A stretch of 64,000 nt of DNA. Source: an uncultured virus (IMG/VR IMGVR_UViG_3300031746_000009). Its lineage: Duplodnaviria > Heunggongvirae > Uroviricota > Caudoviricetes. The notes under the pieces were generated by a model. The model was given only the letters and a program-made list of their open reading frames with translations. It did no database searches and was not told where the DNA came from. Both the position numbers and the translations under genes were made by a program. Positions 46,097-56,187 of the stretch are shown in pieces. The number at the start of each line of letters is the position of its first letter. Positions within the stretch are counted from its first letter, which is position 1. The stretch lies in IMG/VR virus record IMGVR_UViG_3300031746_000009, one strand, 5' to 3'.

Positions 46097-47932
46097 TTAA
46101 CCGTAATCTTCTTTCAAGCGTGGAACCCGAATATCTATGCCGCCTGCCTTCATGCTTGAACTCTGCCTGTCCTGAAACTCTGGTCGTGCGGCAGACGCAA
46201 CGATCTTGTTCCAATCTTCGTAGGCTGGTCGTGGGTGGCTGTTGGTGACGTCGTCGGTTAACGTGATGGCACTTGCTATCTCTGTATTTGATATGACATG
46301 TTCAACTTTGGTCACGCGCATTTCCGTGCCGTTAATGTTATATGTTCCCCCAACCGTCTTCTTAGCGTAAATCTTGAAAAGTTGCCCAGGCAACAGGTCT
46401 TTTATCATTAGTGTTTTAATCCACCCGACTAGACTGGTTGTTTGGGTTCTGAGCAGTTCAGCGTAGGCCATTCGCGCCATTAATCCTATGTCAGTTACAC
46501 CCAACGTTCCTGATAGGAGGGTGTCGTCTTTTCCTACGTCGTCTGTGATTACTTTTATTTTCAGTTTATTGGCAGCGATGTTTGTGCTGTTGTAGGCTAC
46601 CCTGCAAACTGCCGCGTCGCCGAAGTGCATTCCGTCTATGTGTAGGGTGGCTCCGACGACAGCATTGGCTATGAAGGCAACGTAGTCTATGTCGTCCCAT
46701 GTTCCTCCACCAGAGTCGTCCCAGATACTGCCGCCTGCCGTTTTGTAGTAGTCGCCTATTGGAAGGCTGATGTGGTACCACTGGTTTGCATTAGCCAAGT
46801 CTGCGTCGATGTCATAGTCGAAGCAGTTGCCTGCAGCGTCACTAAGTCTTACGCCGGCACCAGTCAACGTGGCATTCTTTTTTGCCCAGAAGTTGAAGTT
46901 GGGCACATTGTATTCTCGAAAACTTGAGAAGTCATAGTTCCAGTTGGTTGTGCTGGGGTAAACGGCTGTTATTGGGTTGACAGCATGGTTGCCTGTGATT
47001 AGGATGCTAGCACCATTCACTCTCACGTCTGCGACGTCGGTGTCGTTTCCGATTGTGCATCCTGCGCCTGCTGGAACTGCCCAGTCTGCTGCGTTATTCT
47101 CGGTCCAAGCATCACCATTGCTTGGTCTACGCCATGCCCCATAGTATATTATGTAGTTGGCTTCTGGGCCTATTTTTTCAAAGTCGTATTCAATGAAGTC
47201 TATGCCTTGATAGAGAGAAGCGTCAGTGCCTGCAGCGGTTGAGTTGTAATATTTGTGCCAATCCGCATCATCTGTGTTGATTTCCTTCATGCGAAAAACG
47301 TCGTCTGTTGTGACGATCCAATGTGGTCCCTTGTTGGTTGCAGCTGTACGTATGGCTGTGGATAGGTCGCATAGGTCATCTATCGCCTTGTTGCAGGGCT
47401 TGTATGGGAAACAGATGTATGAGATTGTGTCCGTTAGTCCGACAATGTCAGTTGTGTAGGCAAACCCGCTGTCGGTTGCGGATTCCATTTGCTTGTTCAC
47501 CCATTTGGTTATAATGCCGTGGCTTGCCTCTGTCAAGATTTCTGGAATCGTGTCTACAGCCGTCTTGTATCGGGAGACGGAACCATATTCTTGCCCGCAA
47601 ACCGTGTCTCCGAACCCGTATCCTGAACCATCACATTTGAGCGCAACCGTTTCGCCTAACCCGCTGAAAGGCATATTTGGGAACCGAACGACGCCTTTGA
47701 ACAGCGGGTTTGTTGGGTATGCGGATTCGCTTTTGTCTTTCACATCCACTTGGATTGCTGTTCCAGTTGTCACGACTGAGGGATAAAGTGAGCTTTTGTC
47801 ATCTGACAGTTCTATGGTTGCTGTGTCAAACCCACATTCGACGCGTTTCACCTTTAGGCTGATGGCTTTTTCGTTCGTGTAGACTGTCGTGCCCAACGTG
47901 ATCTTGATGTCTGGGCTACGTAGAAAGCGCAT
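46097..47932 (-). CDS. baseplate hub / tail protein with inserted carbohydrate-binding-like domain
   Basis: Hub-like N-terminus (ATIELSD...LFKG) and C-terminus (LLPGQ...RVTKVEH); terminal position in module. Confidence 0.65.
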   Translation of the reverse strand: MRFLRSPDIKITLGTTVYTNEKAISLKVKRVECGFDTATIELSDDKSSLYPSVVTTGTAIQVDVKDKSESAYPTNPLFKGVVRFPNMPFSGLGETVALKCDGSGYGFGDTVCGQEYGSVSRYKTAVDTIPEILTEASHGIITKWVNKQMESATDSGFAYTTDIVGLTDTISYICFPYKPCNKAIDDLCDLSTAIRTAATNKGPHWIVTTDDVFRMKEINTDDADWHKYYNSTAAGTDASLYQGIDFIEYDFEKIGPEANYIIYYGAWRRPSNGDAWTENNAADWAVPAGAGCTIGNDTDVADVRVNGASILITGNHAVNPITAVYPSTTNWNYDFSSFREYNVPNFNFWAKKNATLTGAGVRLSDAAGNCFDYDIDADLANANQWYHISLPIGDYYKTAGGSIWDDSGGGTWDDIDYVAFIANAVVGATLHIDGMHFGDAAVCRVAYNSTNIAANKLKIKVITDDVGKDDTLLSGTLGVTDIGLMARMAYAELLRTQTTSLVGWIKTLMIKDLLPGQLFKIYAKKTVGGTYNINGTEMRVTKVEHVISNTEIASAITLTDDVTNSHPRPAYEDWNKIVASAARPEFQDRQSSSMKAGGIDIRVPRLKEDYG

Positions 47933-48298
47933 TCAATACCCCCGTGTCGCATCATACCACATTGTTGATGCCATAACTCCTGCACTTATGATGCTTATTG
48001 CTGCAAGTGTCCAACCGTAGGGACTAGTTGACTCCATGAGCATTATTGCTGAGTGTAATATGCGAATGGTGGTTATCAACTGCTGTATCTTCATGATTGC
48101 TTTGTCTATGTTTGGGGGTAAGCCTAGTCGCCCTAGAATGCTGACTGTTCGGAATAGTATGTACTCCATTTCTCTGAGTTCGCCTGAGGCATGTCCTACC
48201 TCAGTACGCATTGTTTGCGCTTTAAACTCAACTTGACTCAGCATCTTGTCGACTTCACTGAGGGTTGAAAGGATGGCGGATGCTTCAGCCAGACTCAT
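47933..48298 (-). CDS. helical protein in the tape-measure position (only 121 aa)
   Basis: Amphipathic helices; SPYGW plus hydrophobic tail. Confidence 0.5.
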   Translation of the reverse strand: MSLAEASAILSTLSEVDKMLSQVEFKAQTMRTEVGHASGELREMEYILFRTVSILGRLGLPPNIDKAIMKIQQLITTIRILHSAIMLMESTSPYGWTLAAISIISAGVMASTMWYDATRGY

Positions 48299-48609
48299 TT
48301 GAAGAGTGGTGCCCCCTCAATACCGTTTAGTCGTGCTTGAACGGTTTCGTGGATGCTTTCAACACGGGCTAGAAGGTCATGCATTTCCACTATGAAGCTT
48401 ATATGGCATCGGCAGTTTCCTTTATGTCCATGTGCTTCTGAACCGCGAACAGAATCCCACACTATGCCGTAAGTTGGATGTTCAAGGAACCCTGCTTGCA
48501 GACTATCTGTGCCTGCTAAGAATGTCCATGTGTATCCTTCAAGTTCCTTGCAGATAGGACACACTTTGCCATCTTTCATGGTGTGCCAAGTGATAGAAAT
48601 TGATGCCAA
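48295..48609 (-). CDS. Mu gpF / SPP1 gp7 C-terminal-like domain protein
   Basis: W.T..D.KVCPIC..LEG ... H..NCRC. Confidence 0.65.
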   Translation of the reverse strand: MASISITWHTMKDGKVCPICKELEGYTWTFLAGTDSLQAGFLEHPTYGIVWDSVRGSEAHGHKGNCRCHISFIVEMHDLLARVESIHETVQARLNGIEGAPLFK

Positions 48610-49479
48610 CTAGACCAGTCCCGCTCTTGTCACATAAGTTTGTGTGTCGGTTGAACTGACATATTCTTTTAAGACAACTTGGTAAGTGCGCATCGCAAAC
48701 ACTTGATCTTGCCTCAGACGACACGAATCTAACGTGACACGTATTCCATACGGGTAAAGATCACATGTGAACCATTGGAACGGCTCTGAACTGGCACTCA
48801 AGGCTATATCATAGAAGACTTCGCCTATCACGTTGTCTCCTTTCCATCCTGAACCAGTGTCCATGTCTCCTGTGATGATTATGGGAAAGGATGAGGTGCC
48901 AAGATTCTGCGTTACATCTCCATCTCTTCCCGGAATCGGAATATACACGTTTCTTGGCTCCAAAATGGTTTCTACACTTCCGTTTACATAGGGAAAAGTG
49001 AAAGTGCCGTGATGTATGAGCATGAACTCTAGGTACACGTAATGGGTGCTGGGTGCGAGTGCGTCAGGAGATTTTGCCGCATACACGTCTATTTCGTCTA
49101 TGGTTCCGGTTCCAGCGAATGTTCCAGAAGTTCTTTCCGTTGTTGTGCTGAATACTGGTGTCGTAACGTTTCCAACAAGCCATTCTGTTTCTCCAGTTGC
49201 ATAGTGAACGGCAACCATGATTCCCGCGCCATTCGAAGAGGCACTGGTCTTGTATCCTAGCACCCATTTCGGATAGAGGGTTGCATCTATGCTTGTGTGA
49301 AGGTGAAAGTATTCGCCAGACGCTAAAGCATCCGTGAACTGTGCAGTGATTTTGAATAGCCCATTTGCGACAGCTAACGTGTAGTTTCCGTTGCCCCAAC
49401 CGCCTCCATCCGCCCACGTACCTACGGCTTGACAGGTTTCACAGAATCCGTGATCGTGGCTTATGGTTGGCGTTGTCAA
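48610..49479 (-). CDS. putative distal tail protein
   Basis: IPIPGRDGD..Q.LG C-terminal motif and position. Confidence 0.55.
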   Translation of the reverse strand: MTTPTISHDHGFCETCQAVGTWADGGGWGNGNYTLAVANGLFKITAQFTDALASGEYFHLHTSIDATLYPKWVLGYKTSASSNGAGIMVAVHYATGETEWLVGNVTTPVFSTTTERTSGTFAGTGTIDEIDVYAAKSPDALAPSTHYVYLEFMLIHHGTFTFPYVNGSVETILEPRNVYIPIPGRDGDVTQNLGTSSFPIIITGDMDTGSGWKGDNVIGEVFYDIALSASSEPFQWFTCDLYPYGIRVTLDSCRLRQDQVFAMRTYQVVLKEYVSSTDTQTYVTRAGLV

Positions 49480-50306
49480 GTGGTCTTCAACCTTCTATAT
49501 TTGAGTTCAACGTCAGTCACGTAGACTGGGAACCCGCCGAAGCTTTCAACCTTGCTGCTGCGTCTTTCTATGCCACGTTGTGAACCTGTTGTGTCCGGCA
49601 CTGCATAGGTTTCCGCTATTCTTCGCAACTCTGCTTCCATGCGCCAGTTCAGTTGATGTCCACTGCATCCTGTTGAATCTATGGTTACGATTGTGATTGG
49701 CACAGTTTCCTCGTAGCCGTAAGGCGCCTGCAACGTGGCATCCATCAACGGCTTCATGATAGGCTGGTTCACCACGTATAATCCTTGAACGGGGTCGGCT
49801 GTTGCGCGAAACTCTTGCTCCACCGGATAGGGTGCTGTGTCGAAGATGCACGCCCAACTTGCTTGTGTTGCGGCGTCATCCTTCAAAATGTTCGCATCAA
49901 GAATGTAGGTGGTTATCCAAACTTTTGTGCGGCTACGAGCGTCTGACGGGCTTGTTTTCCATGATGCGGTTGCGGATGGTTCAGCCTGATAAAGCGGAAG
50001 ACAAGTCATTTGGATTTCACGGTATTGGAAGCTGTCTAACACGTAGACTGGTTTGGCGATTTGCGCCATGAAATATTCGCCTGACTGTGTGAGTATTTGG
50101 TCGCATGTGAACACTGGGTCAGCGGTTAAGCCTGCTGCGTCCATGTAGGCGAAGATGCCCATGTTGCCCATTCTGAAGCTTTGTCCTTTTGGAACAATTA
50201 TCATGTCTATGGTTGACTCTGTTCTGGTGATTGTTCGCCAGCCTGTTACAGCGTCTCGCGTGCCAAGTGTGATTGCTCGGCGTGTGACTTCTGCTAGTAA
50301 TGGCAT
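49476..50306 (-). CDS. putative head-closure / tail-terminator fusion
   Basis: RDAVTGW N-terminal pattern; two-domain size; position. Confidence 0.5.
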   Translation of the reverse strand: MPLLAEVTRRAITLGTRDAVTGWRTITRTESTIDMIIVPKGQSFRMGNMGIFAYMDAAGLTADPVFTCDQILTQSGEYFMAQIAKPVYVLDSFQYREIQMTCLPLYQAEPSATASWKTSPSDARSRTKVWITTYILDANILKDDAATQASWACIFDTAPYPVEQEFRATADPVQGLYVVNQPIMKPLMDATLQAPYGYEETVPITIVTIDSTGCSGHQLNWRMEAELRRIAETYAVPDTTGSQRGIERRSSKVESFGGFPVYVTDVELKYRRLKTT

Positions 50307-50333
50307 AAGAATGAAGTGTCGGCTGGTTGCCGA

Positions 50334-50720
50334 CTACGTGTGTCCTTTCGCGTCCACAAAGTTCTTGAATACCCAATCCTTCTGTGCACAACAAATACTG
50401 TGCCTAGAGGTACTGGGTATGCTGTTCCATGTCCAGTTGAAGACATAGTCTCCAGACGGGACACCATTCAACTTTATTGCACCGTTTAGGTCTGTGAGAA
50501 ATTCCCCATGGTGGTTGCCATAGGTGACACCTACTTTCAAGCCTTCAACGGGCCAGTTTAGGTTGTTTTCGCCAAAAAGGGTCGGGTCCAGTTCCGTGTA
50601 GTAGAAGAACTTTGTTATGGACATCGCGGGACACTTAGGTCGGCAACCTTCCAACGTTGGGGTTAAGAATAGGAGCATGAATCCGACGGCTGTTAAGGCG
50701 AAGACTACTCGCATGTTCAA
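50334..50720 (-). CDS. secreted protein with prealbumin/CarboxypepD-like beta domain
   Basis: Signal peptide; TDLNG...GVPSGDY. Confidence 0.6.
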   Translation of the reverse strand: MNMRVVFALTAVGFMLLFLTPTLEGCRPKCPAMSITKFFYYTELDPTLFGENNLNWPVEGLKVGVTYGNHHGEFLTDLNGAIKLNGVPSGDYVFNWTWNSIPSTSRHSICCAQKDWVFKNFVDAKGHT

Positions 50721-50889
50721 GCTGTTTCACCTCCAGCCTCAGCGTAGACATGTCCACAACTTTTGCATTGAAGAAGCTGTTTGCGGCTGCCATTGCCCAT
50801 TAGGCGGAATCCGTGTTTGCGTGTGTCTTTGCGGTGGCAGCGTGGACAAGTCATAACGTGTTAGATAGATTGAGGTTGGATAAAAAGGT

Positions 50890-53724
50890 TTAGGGGTAGC
50901 CCCACCATCTGCCCCAATACCCACCCCACGTGACTGTGACACTTGAGTATTCATAGTCCACGGTGAACATGACTATCGCGTAGCCTTCGGCGCCGTCCGT
51001 GTTGTTCGCAAACGCATACAGAGCATAATGGTCACTATTTGCCAAGCCAACTGCCATCTCATAGCCAGGGTAAGTTTGGTTTGACGTGTAAACCCATGCT
51101 GTGCCATTTTTGATGTTGAACCATTTTTGGTGTATTGTTCCGCCAGTCGCTGAGAAACCCACGGAAATTGTGGAGTCAGCATAAGTCGTATTGGTCGGAC
51201 TTAATATTGTTACTGTAACAATGGACACATCCACGTAGGTTGCCGTTAGTGTGGTGTTCACCGTTAGACTCACGATTATGGTTGTTTCTTCTGATGCGTC
51301 TTGCCAATGGTCAAAATCATAGGTGTAGCCACCGCTAGTTACCTGTGATGGAACAGCAATGCTGTATGTTGCTTCACCTAAAGGTATCGTGCTGTTTGTT
51401 GTTCCCCCTGAACTGATTACTGCAAGCGGATGCGGATACGTGTAAGCCGTGTACGTAAAGCTGTCATTAGTCATGTCAGGTGCTCTAAGGAAATAGTTTA
51501 CGTTCACCGTGTAGCCTCCTTCATTGCCTACTCGACTGTTAAAGTTTATGAGAGTCCCATTGTCCCATTTTGCCGTGTTGTTCCAAATGTAAAATTGTTC
51601 AACATCATAGGGCGGAGATGATCCCACATTTAAAAGTCTAACTACCATAGCATTAGGATAGGGCGAAGCGAGAATCACGGTATTGTTCCAAGTTACGCCT
51701 CCCCCACCCGCAATTTGCAATGCTGAACATTGCCCGTTAGAATAACTTTGGTCTGTCAAATTGAATGTGTTGCCGTAAAGTTCATAGCCTCTGCTAGTGG
51801 GATGCAGGTCGCATGAGGCATAAAACGCTTTTTCAAAATGACAGTTTCGCACAACATAATAGCCTTCACCTGTTGCTGCAACCGCGTGCCTATTTCTACT
51901 GAAATTACAGTCTTCAATATAAGTCGGCTGTGGTTCAAGCAAACCGTTAACCGTAGTGGTTGGATAATAGTTGCCGAGAAGACTCTGTATATTTGGCGTC
52001 CAAGTGAAAGAGTCTTGAACAACAATTATGCCGTAGCCACCCAGAGAATAGTAAGCGCCTGTTGCGTTGTGAGGTTGAAGTGCATCTCTATATGGATTGT
52101 CAAAAGTGCAATGGTCTATAACGCCCCTATTTACCAACTTGTAGGTTCCTCCTGTATTGACATCTGTATATATTGCTGAACCGCAGAAATTTTGAAAACT
52201 ACAATGGTCAATACGGAAATCTTGGGTGCACTTGATGGCGATTGCATTATTCGCCTGTTCATTCCAATCGTCTAGTGACGATCCATTATTTGTATCTACA
52301 AATCCAACAAAAGAGATTCCTGAGATGCGGACTGCTGAACCATTATAGTTTTGTCCGATCCAAACACGTTTAAACATGGATGAAGTAGCTGCATATGCAG
52401 GCAGTGTAGTTTCTTGTAGGGTTGTGATGCCTATTCCAGCTCCTATGATGTTGATTGGAACAGTTGTGAAAGTAATGTTAACTGTGTTTGGATTAAACGT
52501 GAAGGTTCCAGCAGGAATGTAAACCGTTCCGCCGCCAGCCGCTACAATGGTATCTATTCCTGTTTGAATGTCAGACGGAGAACCCGAAGCAGCAGTTACG
52601 GATGCGCCAGAGATTGTTCCGTTAATCGTGTATGTTACCGCAACGGGAATGCTATTGATTGTCAAATAGTAGGTTCCAGAATCCAATGTTAGGCTTTGCA
52701 TTGCTGAACTTGCCCAATTGCCTGCTGTGTCGTTAGCATACCATCTATACTGAACAACGTTGCCTACTGTGGCGTTCAAGGTTTTTGTCACGTTGAGCCA
52801 AGCAGAAACAGCCGAGATGTCAACAGCCGTTTCATTAACCCACACACCCGTGTTGTTTGTTCCGAAGATGCCGAAGTCCACTTCCACATCGTCACTTATG
52901 TTACACGAGAAATCGCAGGATGTTCCAACTTTTGTAGTGGTTGGCGCTCCAACTGAAAACGTTGGTACGCTATAATCTGCCCAAGTTTCCACATCAGCAT
53001 AAGATGAGCCAATGGCAACATTATCGAAAAATTCTTGAACAACATAATTACTGCCGTAGCCTCCACCAGTGTTTAATGAGCCTGCACAAATGTGAGTGAA
53101 CTGTTGGTTTGCCCCATTCACCCACGTGCTTGTGACGGTGAGGGCGCCATCAACCCACAAACTCATTTTGTCGGACAAAACATTACTGCCGTTGAAGACG
53201 AGTCTATACCAAGTGTCAGCAACAACATAGGCACCTACCGATTGGTTAGTGCCACAATCGTATTGTTGGTCCCAAAGTCTCCAGATTGCTCCGGACCCAT
53301 TATACACTACGCCTATGTTGAATAGGAAAGGATAGGTTGCTATGCCGATGCCGATAAAATTCACCATTTTGTTAACTGCTGTCGGCACTGCCGTACAGTA
53401 CCAGTCTAATCCCACATAAGCGCTGCTCTTGCTGGAAAAAGTAGAGTTCAGATAACTGTTAAGTGACCCACCATTTGAATTGCTGAGCTTCAGCGAATAG
53501 GTGCCTGACTTGACGATTGTACTGTTCACCGTCAAGTAACTTGTAGAGACATGTGTGCCGTTCCATATGCCAGTGTCCGTGATGTCTGAACCTGCGCTGA
53601 GTTCCCACCCTGAAGCAAAGGACGTTGTTCCTTGTGCTGGCTTGATTTGCCAGACACCCACAAACAGAACCACCGTCAACAGGGCGATTAGGAACGTTGT
53701 TGAAACAAAGTTTTCAAGTTTCAT
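50890..53724 (-). CDS. secreted multi-domain adhesin (lectin-like, pectate-lyase-like beta-helix, Ig-like)
   Basis: Same signal peptide as 22403..24694; IQTGID..GGGTVYIPAGTF; ends WGGYWGRWWGYP. Confidence 0.82.
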   Translation of the reverse strand: MKLENFVSTTFLIALLTVVLFVGVWQIKPAQGTTSFASGWELSAGSDITDTGIWNGTHVSTSYLTVNSTIVKSGTYSLKLSNSNGGSLNSYLNSTFSSKSSAYVGLDWYCTAVPTAVNKMVNFIGIGIATYPFLFNIGVVYNGSGAIWRLWDQQYDCGTNQSVGAYVVADTWYRLVFNGSNVLSDKMSLWVDGALTVTSTWVNGANQQFTHICAGSLNTGGGYGSNYVVQEFFDNVAIGSSYADVETWADYSVPTFSVGAPTTTKVGTSCDFSCNISDDVEVDFGIFGTNNTGVWVNETAVDISAVSAWLNVTKTLNATVGNVVQYRWYANDTAGNWASSAMQSLTLDSGTYYLTINSIPVAVTYTINGTISGASVTAASGSPSDIQTGIDTIVAAGGGTVYIPAGTFTFNPNTVNITFTTVPINIIGAGIGITTLQETTLPAYAATSSMFKRVWIGQNYNGSAVRISGISFVGFVDTNNGSSLDDWNEQANNAIAIKCTQDFRIDHCSFQNFCGSAIYTDVNTGGTYKLVNRGVIDHCTFDNPYRDALQPHNATGAYYSLGGYGIIVVQDSFTWTPNIQSLLGNYYPTTTVNGLLEPQPTYIEDCNFSRNRHAVAATGEGYYVVRNCHFEKAFYASCDLHPTSRGYELYGNTFNLTDQSYSNGQCSALQIAGGGGVTWNNTVILASPYPNAMVVRLLNVGSSPPYDVEQFYIWNNTAKWDNGTLINFNSRVGNEGGYTVNVNYFLRAPDMTNDSFTYTAYTYPHPLAVISSGGTTNSTIPLGEATYSIAVPSQVTSGGYTYDFDHWQDASEETTIIVSLTVNTTLTATYVDVSIVTVTILSPTNTTYADSTISVGFSATGGTIHQKWFNIKNGTAWVYTSNQTYPGYEMAVGLANSDHYALYAFANNTDGAEGYAIVMFTVDYEYSSVTVTWGGYWGRWWGYP

Positions 53725-53729
53725 TTTTG

Positions 53730-54527
53730 TCACCAAACCGTCCAAATGTACAAGTACGGAATATATCGGGTTGCGCCTTCCGATTCGAGACTCATAATGG
53801 TGATCTTCATGTCACATGCAAGCGTCAAATCATGCAGCACAAGCGCTTTTTGGTCTGCGTAACCAAGATTCGTAAGCCTCATCGCCGTGCATTCGCGGTA
53901 GCTGGCTCCATCCACTTTGAAATATATTTTTATGGTACAGTTCTTCGTGAGGTCATACAGGTCTACGTAGAGTTGGTTGACTACGGTGATGTTTGCGGGT
54001 GTCACATGAACTTCGAAGATTATCTGCTCGTAGACTGGCACGTTTGGCATGGTGAATGTGCCGCTGGTTGCCACTGGACAATCAAGATTATCCAAAGTTT
54101 CGGTCTTGTTGACACCGCGAATCCAGAAGCCGTTGTCACCCCAAACATAATAGTAGCCCTGATAGGTGCTGTGAATTTGAACGTTACTCGGCAAAGTTAT
54201 ACTCGTGTTCCATGCGACGCCTTTCAAGAACACTGTTCCGCCTGCCGCAGTCAAATTGTTGACGCACAAGGTTTCCACGTGGGTGAGGTTCGTGTTGCTG
54301 AACTCCACAAACAACGTGCTCATGTTCCGCATAGCGTAATGTGTAGTGTTACGTTGCCAGACGAGGTAATCAAATTCGCTCCATGCTTCCAGCGGATCAG
54401 TTGGCCCACTAGAAACTATTTGAGCCGTATTCAAGAAGACATACTGGTTTATGCCTGCTCCGAGAGCTAAACAAAGACAAATCAGGAAAGCTGTTCCAAC
54501 AAACTTTTTGTGTTTCATGTTTCTCAC
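53730..54527 (-). CDS. secreted adhesin-partner protein, paralog of 21626..22396
   Basis: Direct similarity over C-terminal ~180 aa. Confidence 0.85.
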   Translation of the reverse strand: MRNMKHKKFVGTAFLICLCLALGAGINQYVFLNTAQIVSSGPTDPLEAWSEFDYLVWQRNTTHYAMRNMSTLFVEFSNTNLTHVETLCVNNLTAAGGTVFLKGVAWNTSITLPSNVQIHSTYQGYYYVWGDNGFWIRGVNKTETLDNLDCPVATSGTFTMPNVPVYEQIIFEVHVTPANITVVNQLYVDLYDLTKNCTIKIYFKVDGASYRECTAMRLTNLGYADQKALVLHDLTLACDMKITIMSLESEGATRYIPYLYIWTVW

Positions 54528-54529
54528 TT

Positions 54530-54964
54530 CTATGCTGTTACTATAGCTATATAAAAGAATGTGACAGCGTCGCCGCCGTTATGGTAGATGCTGATGTTTG
54601 TGGCGTCCACGTTGACTCCATGCGCGTAGCCTTGAACCGCGTTTGGTGAAGCAATCACTTTCGGCGTGCCTGTTAAGTGGTGGGCGAACGTGGTGCCTGC
54701 GGGTCCGGGTGCGATGCTGACTGTGCCAACTTTGATTTGACTTATATTTGAACAAAATATGTCACTGCCAACGTTTATGGCTGTTTCGATTCCCACTACA
54801 TGAAGGTTGGTTTGTCCCGCCACCTCTAATGTGCCTGAAAGAGTTATTGCGCTTTGAATGGTTTGGGCTGTAGTGTCTGACTGACTTACATAGTCGGTTA
54901 TAATTGGGTTGATTGCTCCCGCTTGAGCTTGCGTGTGCGCTGTTACTTGACTTGCTCTAACCAT
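54530..54964 (-). CDS. putative fibre-tip / minor structural protein
   Basis: HHLTGTP..V beta-rich C-terminus. Confidence 0.6.
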   Translation of the reverse strand: MVRASQVTAHTQAQAGAINPIITDYVSQSDTTAQTIQSAITLSGTLEVAGQTNLHVVGIETAINVGSDIFCSNISQIKVGTVSIAPGPAGTTFAHHLTGTPKVIASPNAVQGYAHGVNVDATNISIYHNGGDAVTFFYIAIVTA

Positions 54965-54979
54965 TTTTCATTCATCCTC

Positions 54980-55171
54980 CTAAGCCCAAAAACATTCGTC
55001 CCAGTCACCCTCATCCCATATCAAGATGGTTTCGGTTGGTCCTCCGCCGCTTGAGGAAACCGGGGACTGGTTCTCCAACTGTTTGATTAAGTCGTCAAGG
55101 TAGATGGGGCCTTTTACGCCGACTCTTGCGTAGCCGACGTGTGCTGTTCCTACTATTGCTGGGTCTGCCAT
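54980..55171 (-). CDS. small structural protein with WDxxxW tail
   Basis: IWDEGDWDECFWA. Confidence 0.55.
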   Translation of the reverse strand: MADPAIVGTAHVGYARVGVKGPIYLDDLIKQLENQSPVSSSGGGPTETILIWDEGDWDECFWA

Positions 55172-55178
55172 AATTTAA

Positions 55179-55667
55179 TCACTCATAATAGGCTAAAACT
55201 TCAATGCCCAAGGTTACATCCCACCCGACAGCTTCGGTCATCGATAGGATGTATTCTATGACTTGACCTGTATCCATTCCTATGGGTATGACCAGTGTTT
55301 CGAAGCCTCCAGCTACTGGTGCTTCTATGTCAATCCTTATTACTGGATAATAGGTGGGAGTGGTTCCGTTCTTGCGAACCCCAAACTGGCATACTCCTGA
55401 TGCACCGACAGTGTTAGGGGTTAATTTGAGTTGGATGATTGCAATTTTGGCTGTTGCGCTAGTGACTGCTGTGAGGTCAACATCAGTCCAGTTCACGCTT
55501 GTCACCGCGTTTGCTATGGGAAATGGGGTTGGACTCGCGCTTGCGTCTTTCCAGACAAGCTCTATTCCCGCGCCTGTAGTGCTTGCCACTTTGCTCCTGT
55601 TCAAGTTTGTGGCTGAAAGAGGGTCTCCATCAAGCCAAGTTACGTCTCTAACCATTTTTTTCACCAT
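55179..55667 (-). CDS. putative fibre protein
   Basis: W.DGD.LSATNLN N-terminal motif typical of fibre attachment segments. Confidence 0.6.
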   Translation of the reverse strand: MVKKMVRDVTWLDGDPLSATNLNRSKVASTTGAGIELVWKDASASPTPFPIANAVTSVNWTDVDLTAVTSATAKIAIIQLKLTPNTVGASGVCQFGVRKNGTTPTYYPVIRIDIEAPVAGGFETLVIPIGMDTGQVIEYILSMTEAVGWDVTLGIEVLAYYE

Positions 55668-55674
55668 TTATTAC

Positions 55675-56079
55675 TTAAATAAGGTCTCCATCGTCTGAAC
55701 CAACTGTGAACGACACGCCCACATGACCCTTCAGCTTCTCTATGCAAGCCTCGAAAGCCTTGCTCCAGAACGCGTATTGAGGGTCAGCAATCAACGTGGA
55801 AATGCTGATGCCCGTAATACTGGCGTTTGGTCCGCGATCCAAATATGCTTTCAACATCAACAGTGAACCTGCCTTGACAGTTATGATTTCGCCGTCAGCC
55901 GCCGTCAACGTTGCTGCGCCTGCTAAGGGCGTGAAGCTGATTGATGTGCCTGCTTGCAGGTTAATGTAGTCTACCGCGTTTTTGATTATGTACTCCATGT
56001 TTGTGAGGGTGATGTTGCCTGGGGCAGCATAACGGTTTTCGTCTAGGATTCGTTGGGCGATCAATGCTATAGCTGTCAA
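55675..56079 (-). CDS. putative head-tail adaptor
   Basis: Helical 134 aa (I..A.DYIN...G); position downstream of MCP. Confidence 0.55.
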   Translation of the reverse strand: MTAIALIAQRILDENRYAAPGNITLTNMEYIIKNAVDYINLQAGTSISFTPLAGAATLTAADGEIITVKAGSLLMLKAYLDRGPNASITGISISTLIADPQYAFWSKAFEACIEKLKGHVGVSFTVGSDDGDLI

Positions 56080-56187
56080 TTGGTTTCCTCCAGGTTTTTC
56101 TCTTTGTTTGCAATGTAGAAGGTTAGAATCCAGATGGTTACAGTTGCAACTGCGCCTAACGCCAGATTTATCGTGGTTTTCTGCCTC

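Noticed and set aside
22403..53724. Diversity-generating retroelement acting on the adhesins
   Set aside because: No reverse transcriptase in the window, and the repeats are identical rather than differing at adenines.
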